64,000 nt of DNA from positions 1,440,001 through 1,504,000 of the forward strand of contig CAXXDV010000001.1 of NCBI GenBank assembly GCA_963674745.2, written 5' to 3'. The stretch comes from Desulfosudaceae bacterium. Lineage in GTDB: Bacteria; Desulfobacterota; Desulfobacteria; Desulfobacterales; Desulfosudaceae. The position numbers and the translations under genes are program-made. Below the pieces are notes generated by a model that saw only the letters and a program-made list of their open reading frames with translations, had not been told where the DNA came from and searched no databases. Shown here in pieces: positions 61,783-64,000 of the stretch; within the stretch, counting starts at the first letter, position 1; every line of letters starts with the position of its first letter.

Positions 61783-62802
61783 TTAGGCCTTCGAAGTTTT
61801 ATTAATTAAGATCAAAGTATTACACTTAGGGCATTTTTCCGGAATAAACCGTCTTAACAAAAATGATTTATTACAATTAGGACATTTTAATAAAGAAAAT
61901 CGAGCGATTAACCATAGTATTGGTAAAAGTAAAAATATAATACCAGCCATTACAGTGCCTATTGTGCTTGTTGGAGAAACAATCTTGCGCCCAAATAATA
62001 TAAATCCAAAAAATATTGCCACAAATAAAGCTGTTAGTAATTTATACAATGAGTATTTTTTTTTGAACTCTTTCAAAGCATTCACACTATCGGTTATTTT
62101 TGTTGATGCTACATTTTTCTTTTCAGTCACATTGATACTTTTAGGTTTTTCAGTGTCAGATAAACGAATAACCATTTTATGATGTTCGTGATACTTTAGA
62201 AATTTTTTAAGTGGGGTCAGCTCTTTAATTGGGTCTAAAAGATAAGGTCTTTGGCCAAAGTTGTCTTGATAGTCTGTTGTTTCACCCATCAGAACATGCT
62301 TTTTAAATAGGTTGATTTCCTCTGCAGTGATTACAAACGGCTCAAAAGGTCTTATTCTCATAATGTTGTCTAAAAGGCCCTGATGAGTAGAATTGCATTC
62401 TTCACAATGAATTTCCCAATATTTAGCGGAAATAAAATTATCATCTTTAAATACAAAACTCGTTGTAGCGTATTTTGTTTCATCCTCATTATTTATTTCT
62501 GGTGGGAATTCCGCTGCATGGTCGCAAAATTTATATATCCTGTGCCCCTGATGTTTAACCAAAAAAGCTTGGAATGCTTCAACTTCAAAGGTTAACATTT
62601 TAAAAGCTTCTAATCCTATATAAATAAATCCAAAATTCTTTTCCCAAGGACTTGTAGAATCTTTATCCCATTTTGAAGGGCAGGCCTCTTCATCTGTAGA
62701 TATGCTAGGATAGCCGATAAATCCAAAGTCCCCGACCTCAGGGCCTTCTTCAAGGCAGTCTAAACAAATTGCTCCAAAAAGTACCCCCATCATATCCTCC
62801 AA
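61783..62802 (-). CDS. Cassette protein with duplicated CxxC..HxxH module, two TM and C-terminal Zn ribbon
   Basis: CLDC..FLVKHQGH / CEEC..FLKYHEHH; CPNC..CPKC; GGAGG suggests start at MMGVLF. Confidence 0.7.
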   Translation of the reverse strand: MEDMMGVLFGAICLDCLEEGPEVGDFGFIGYPSISTDEEACPSKWDKDSTSPWEKNFGFIYIGLEAFKMLTFEVEAFQAFLVKHQGHRIYKFCDHAAEFPPEINNEDETKYATTSFVFKDDNFISAKYWEIHCEECNSTHQGLLDNIMRIRPFEPFVITAEEINLFKKHVLMGETTDYQDNFGQRPYLLDPIKELTPLKKFLKYHEHHKMVIRLSDTEKPKSINVTEKKNVASTKITDSVNALKEFKKKYSLYKLLTALFVAIFFGFILFGRKIVSPTSTIGTVMAGIIFLLLPILWLIARFSLLKCPNCNKSFLLRRFIPEKCPKCNTLILINKTSKA

Positions 62803-62818
62803 TATGTTTTTGCCTAAC

Positions 62819-63034
62819 GAGTCTGTAGGAAAAGTCTATTTTCGATAAATTTTATCTTTTTTCAGAAAAACACCTTCGTAGAATATATTTTATACTAAAA
62901 CATAAAATCCTTGCAAACCATCTATTTTAGATGGCTTCACAGAGATCATACAAAATCTTATATAACTTTCAGGTTTTCAAAAATTGGCGGCAAAACCCTA
63001 TGTTTTACTCAAATTTTACTTTTTCTACAGCCTC
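62819..63034. mobile_element. 216-bp MITE-like element, copy G
   Basis: Same TIRs; AAC flanks at attC R'. Confidence 0.85.
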
Positions 63035-63152
63035 AACGGCGGCCGCCAGTGGGCGCCAGGGCTTCCACTGACTTGCCTTAAAGATATTTAATATTCAATT
63101 TCCCTCGACTTTTCAAAAGCCGAGTGCCCTGGCGATCCATTGCGCGGCCTTG

Positions 63153-63716
63153 TTAAACCTTGTTTTTTCTATATTCTCTAAATTCATTTACGAATTTTAG
63201 CCTTGCCTGATCTTGGACGATAGAAACCCCACTGATTTTATTGAAGACGGTTTTTTCATCCGAGTCGAATAGTGCCCAGACTAATCCCAAAAGGCCAATT
63301 ATCAGATAAGTACAGCTTACCATCATTAAGCCTTCTTGGAGCAAGGCTGTTTTCCATGACAAAGATTCTTCGGTGGGCTTTACCGCTTTTAACCCGAATA
63401 ATTTCATTCCCCAAGTTTGGGATTTAGATTTTAAGGGGTACAGAAAGGCCAGAAACCAGCCTAAAATGGTTGGAACGGTTAATAATGAAACAAAAAATAA
63501 TATTTGATAAAGGGCTTTATAAGAAAGGCTTATCCATGAATAATTTACTGCCATTGTTTCAGGCCACAAATTTTCGAGAAAAATATTCAGTGCGAAAAAA
63601 AGAAGTATGATCAGAGTGACAAATAGTGAGCAAAGAAATCCTGTCATAGCATACCCACAAATTCGGAATACGATTTCCCCATTTTGAACAGTCACGTTTG
63701 TTTGTTCAGTATTCAT
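63153..63716 (-). CDS. RDD family-like membrane protein (cassette)
   Basis: SQTWGMKLFGLKAV..LWALFD..TVFNKISG. Confidence 0.7.
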   Translation of the reverse strand: MNTEQTNVTVQNGEIVFRICGYAMTGFLCSLFVTLIILLFFALNIFLENLWPETMAVNYSWISLSYKALYQILFFVSLLTVPTILGWFLAFLYPLKSKSQTWGMKLFGLKAVKPTEESLSWKTALLQEGLMMVSCTYLIIGLLGLVWALFDSDEKTVFNKISGVSIVQDQARLKFVNEFREYRKNKV

Positions 63717-64000
63717 TCTGTAGGTTTAACGGCTTCAGCCAAAGGGCGCCAGGGCTTACTCTGACTGACTTAAAGTCGGTTAATATTCAATTCAGCACGG
63801 TTGTTCAAAATCCGAGTGCCCTGGCGGTCCTATTGAGCTGGATTGTTGGGTGAGTTCTATATCAAAATTTGGCTTCCAGTCTTTCAATGAACAATTACTC
63901 CTAGAGATAGGGTAGTTCCTATAAGCCCATTCGATAGAAGCGCCATGTTGTTCATATAGTCTATTTTCCCATATACCGCCTCTCAGTACATCAATAAGGT

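Larger units (their letters stand above)
40166..63851 (-). mobile_element. Integron cassette array (superintegron-like), 37 attC sites; integrase not in window
   Basis: ~120-130 bp imperfect palindromes bounded by AAC...GTT at approx. 40166-40286, 40918-41046, 41650-41902, 42488-43324, 43900-44028, 44729-45563, 46216-46340, 46957-47082, 47361-47486, 47765-47888, 48426-48550, 48988-49113, 49394-49517, 50151-50271, 50611-50738, 51083-51211, 51639-51764, 52924-53045, 53403-53526, 53829-53952, 54413-54537, 55019-55143, 55552-55678, 56016-56140, 56549-56672, 57060-57183, 57690-57817, 58149-58272, 58778-58905, 59330-59455, 59736-59860, 60342-60467, 60745-60870, 61148-61274, 61662-61788, 63035-63158, 63724-63851. 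Cassette ends are complementary (e.g. GTTAGATAA..TTATCTAAC, GTTGTGCAG..CTGCACAAC). Confidence 0.96.

Noticed and set aside
40166..63851. CRISPR array interpretation of the recurrent repeats
   Set aside because: Repeats are ~120-130 bp palindromes separated by gene-sized inserts with AAC/GTT cores; no cas genes

Overview
Bacterial chromosome, most likely a sulfate-reducing deltaproteobacterium (Desulfobacterota-like gene content; inference). Bases 1-38.3 kb are core genome: an oxygen/ROS-defence block (cydAB, two flavodoxins, desulfoferrodoxin, rubrerythrin, ferritin-like proteins, msrAB), assorted metabolic genes, the rpmF-fabG-acpP-glyA-nrdR-rib-nusB operon, an aldehyde:ferredoxin oxidoreductase, gltX and tRNA-Gln(CTG). 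From about 40.2 kb to the window end lies the distal part of a large, AT-rich, minus-strand integron cassette array with 37 attC sites counted by eye in two sequence families. No intI is visible; it should lie beyond 64 kb if present. The array holds three toxin-antitoxin cassettes, two exactly duplicated cassettes and many small membrane or unknown proteins. It is also colonised by non-coding elements: (i) two 710-nt ORF-less group IIC-attC introns that differ in their candidate EBS1 guide (ACAA vs ACCA); (ii) seven copies of a 216-bp MITE-like element inserted exactly at the attC R' AAC core, four of them in tandem; (iii) a 129-bp insert beside one R'' box; (iv) seven copies of a ~405-bp gene-less cassette with a conserved promoter-like motif and a minus-strand RNA-like fold. 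All calls come from reading the sequence; no searches were run.
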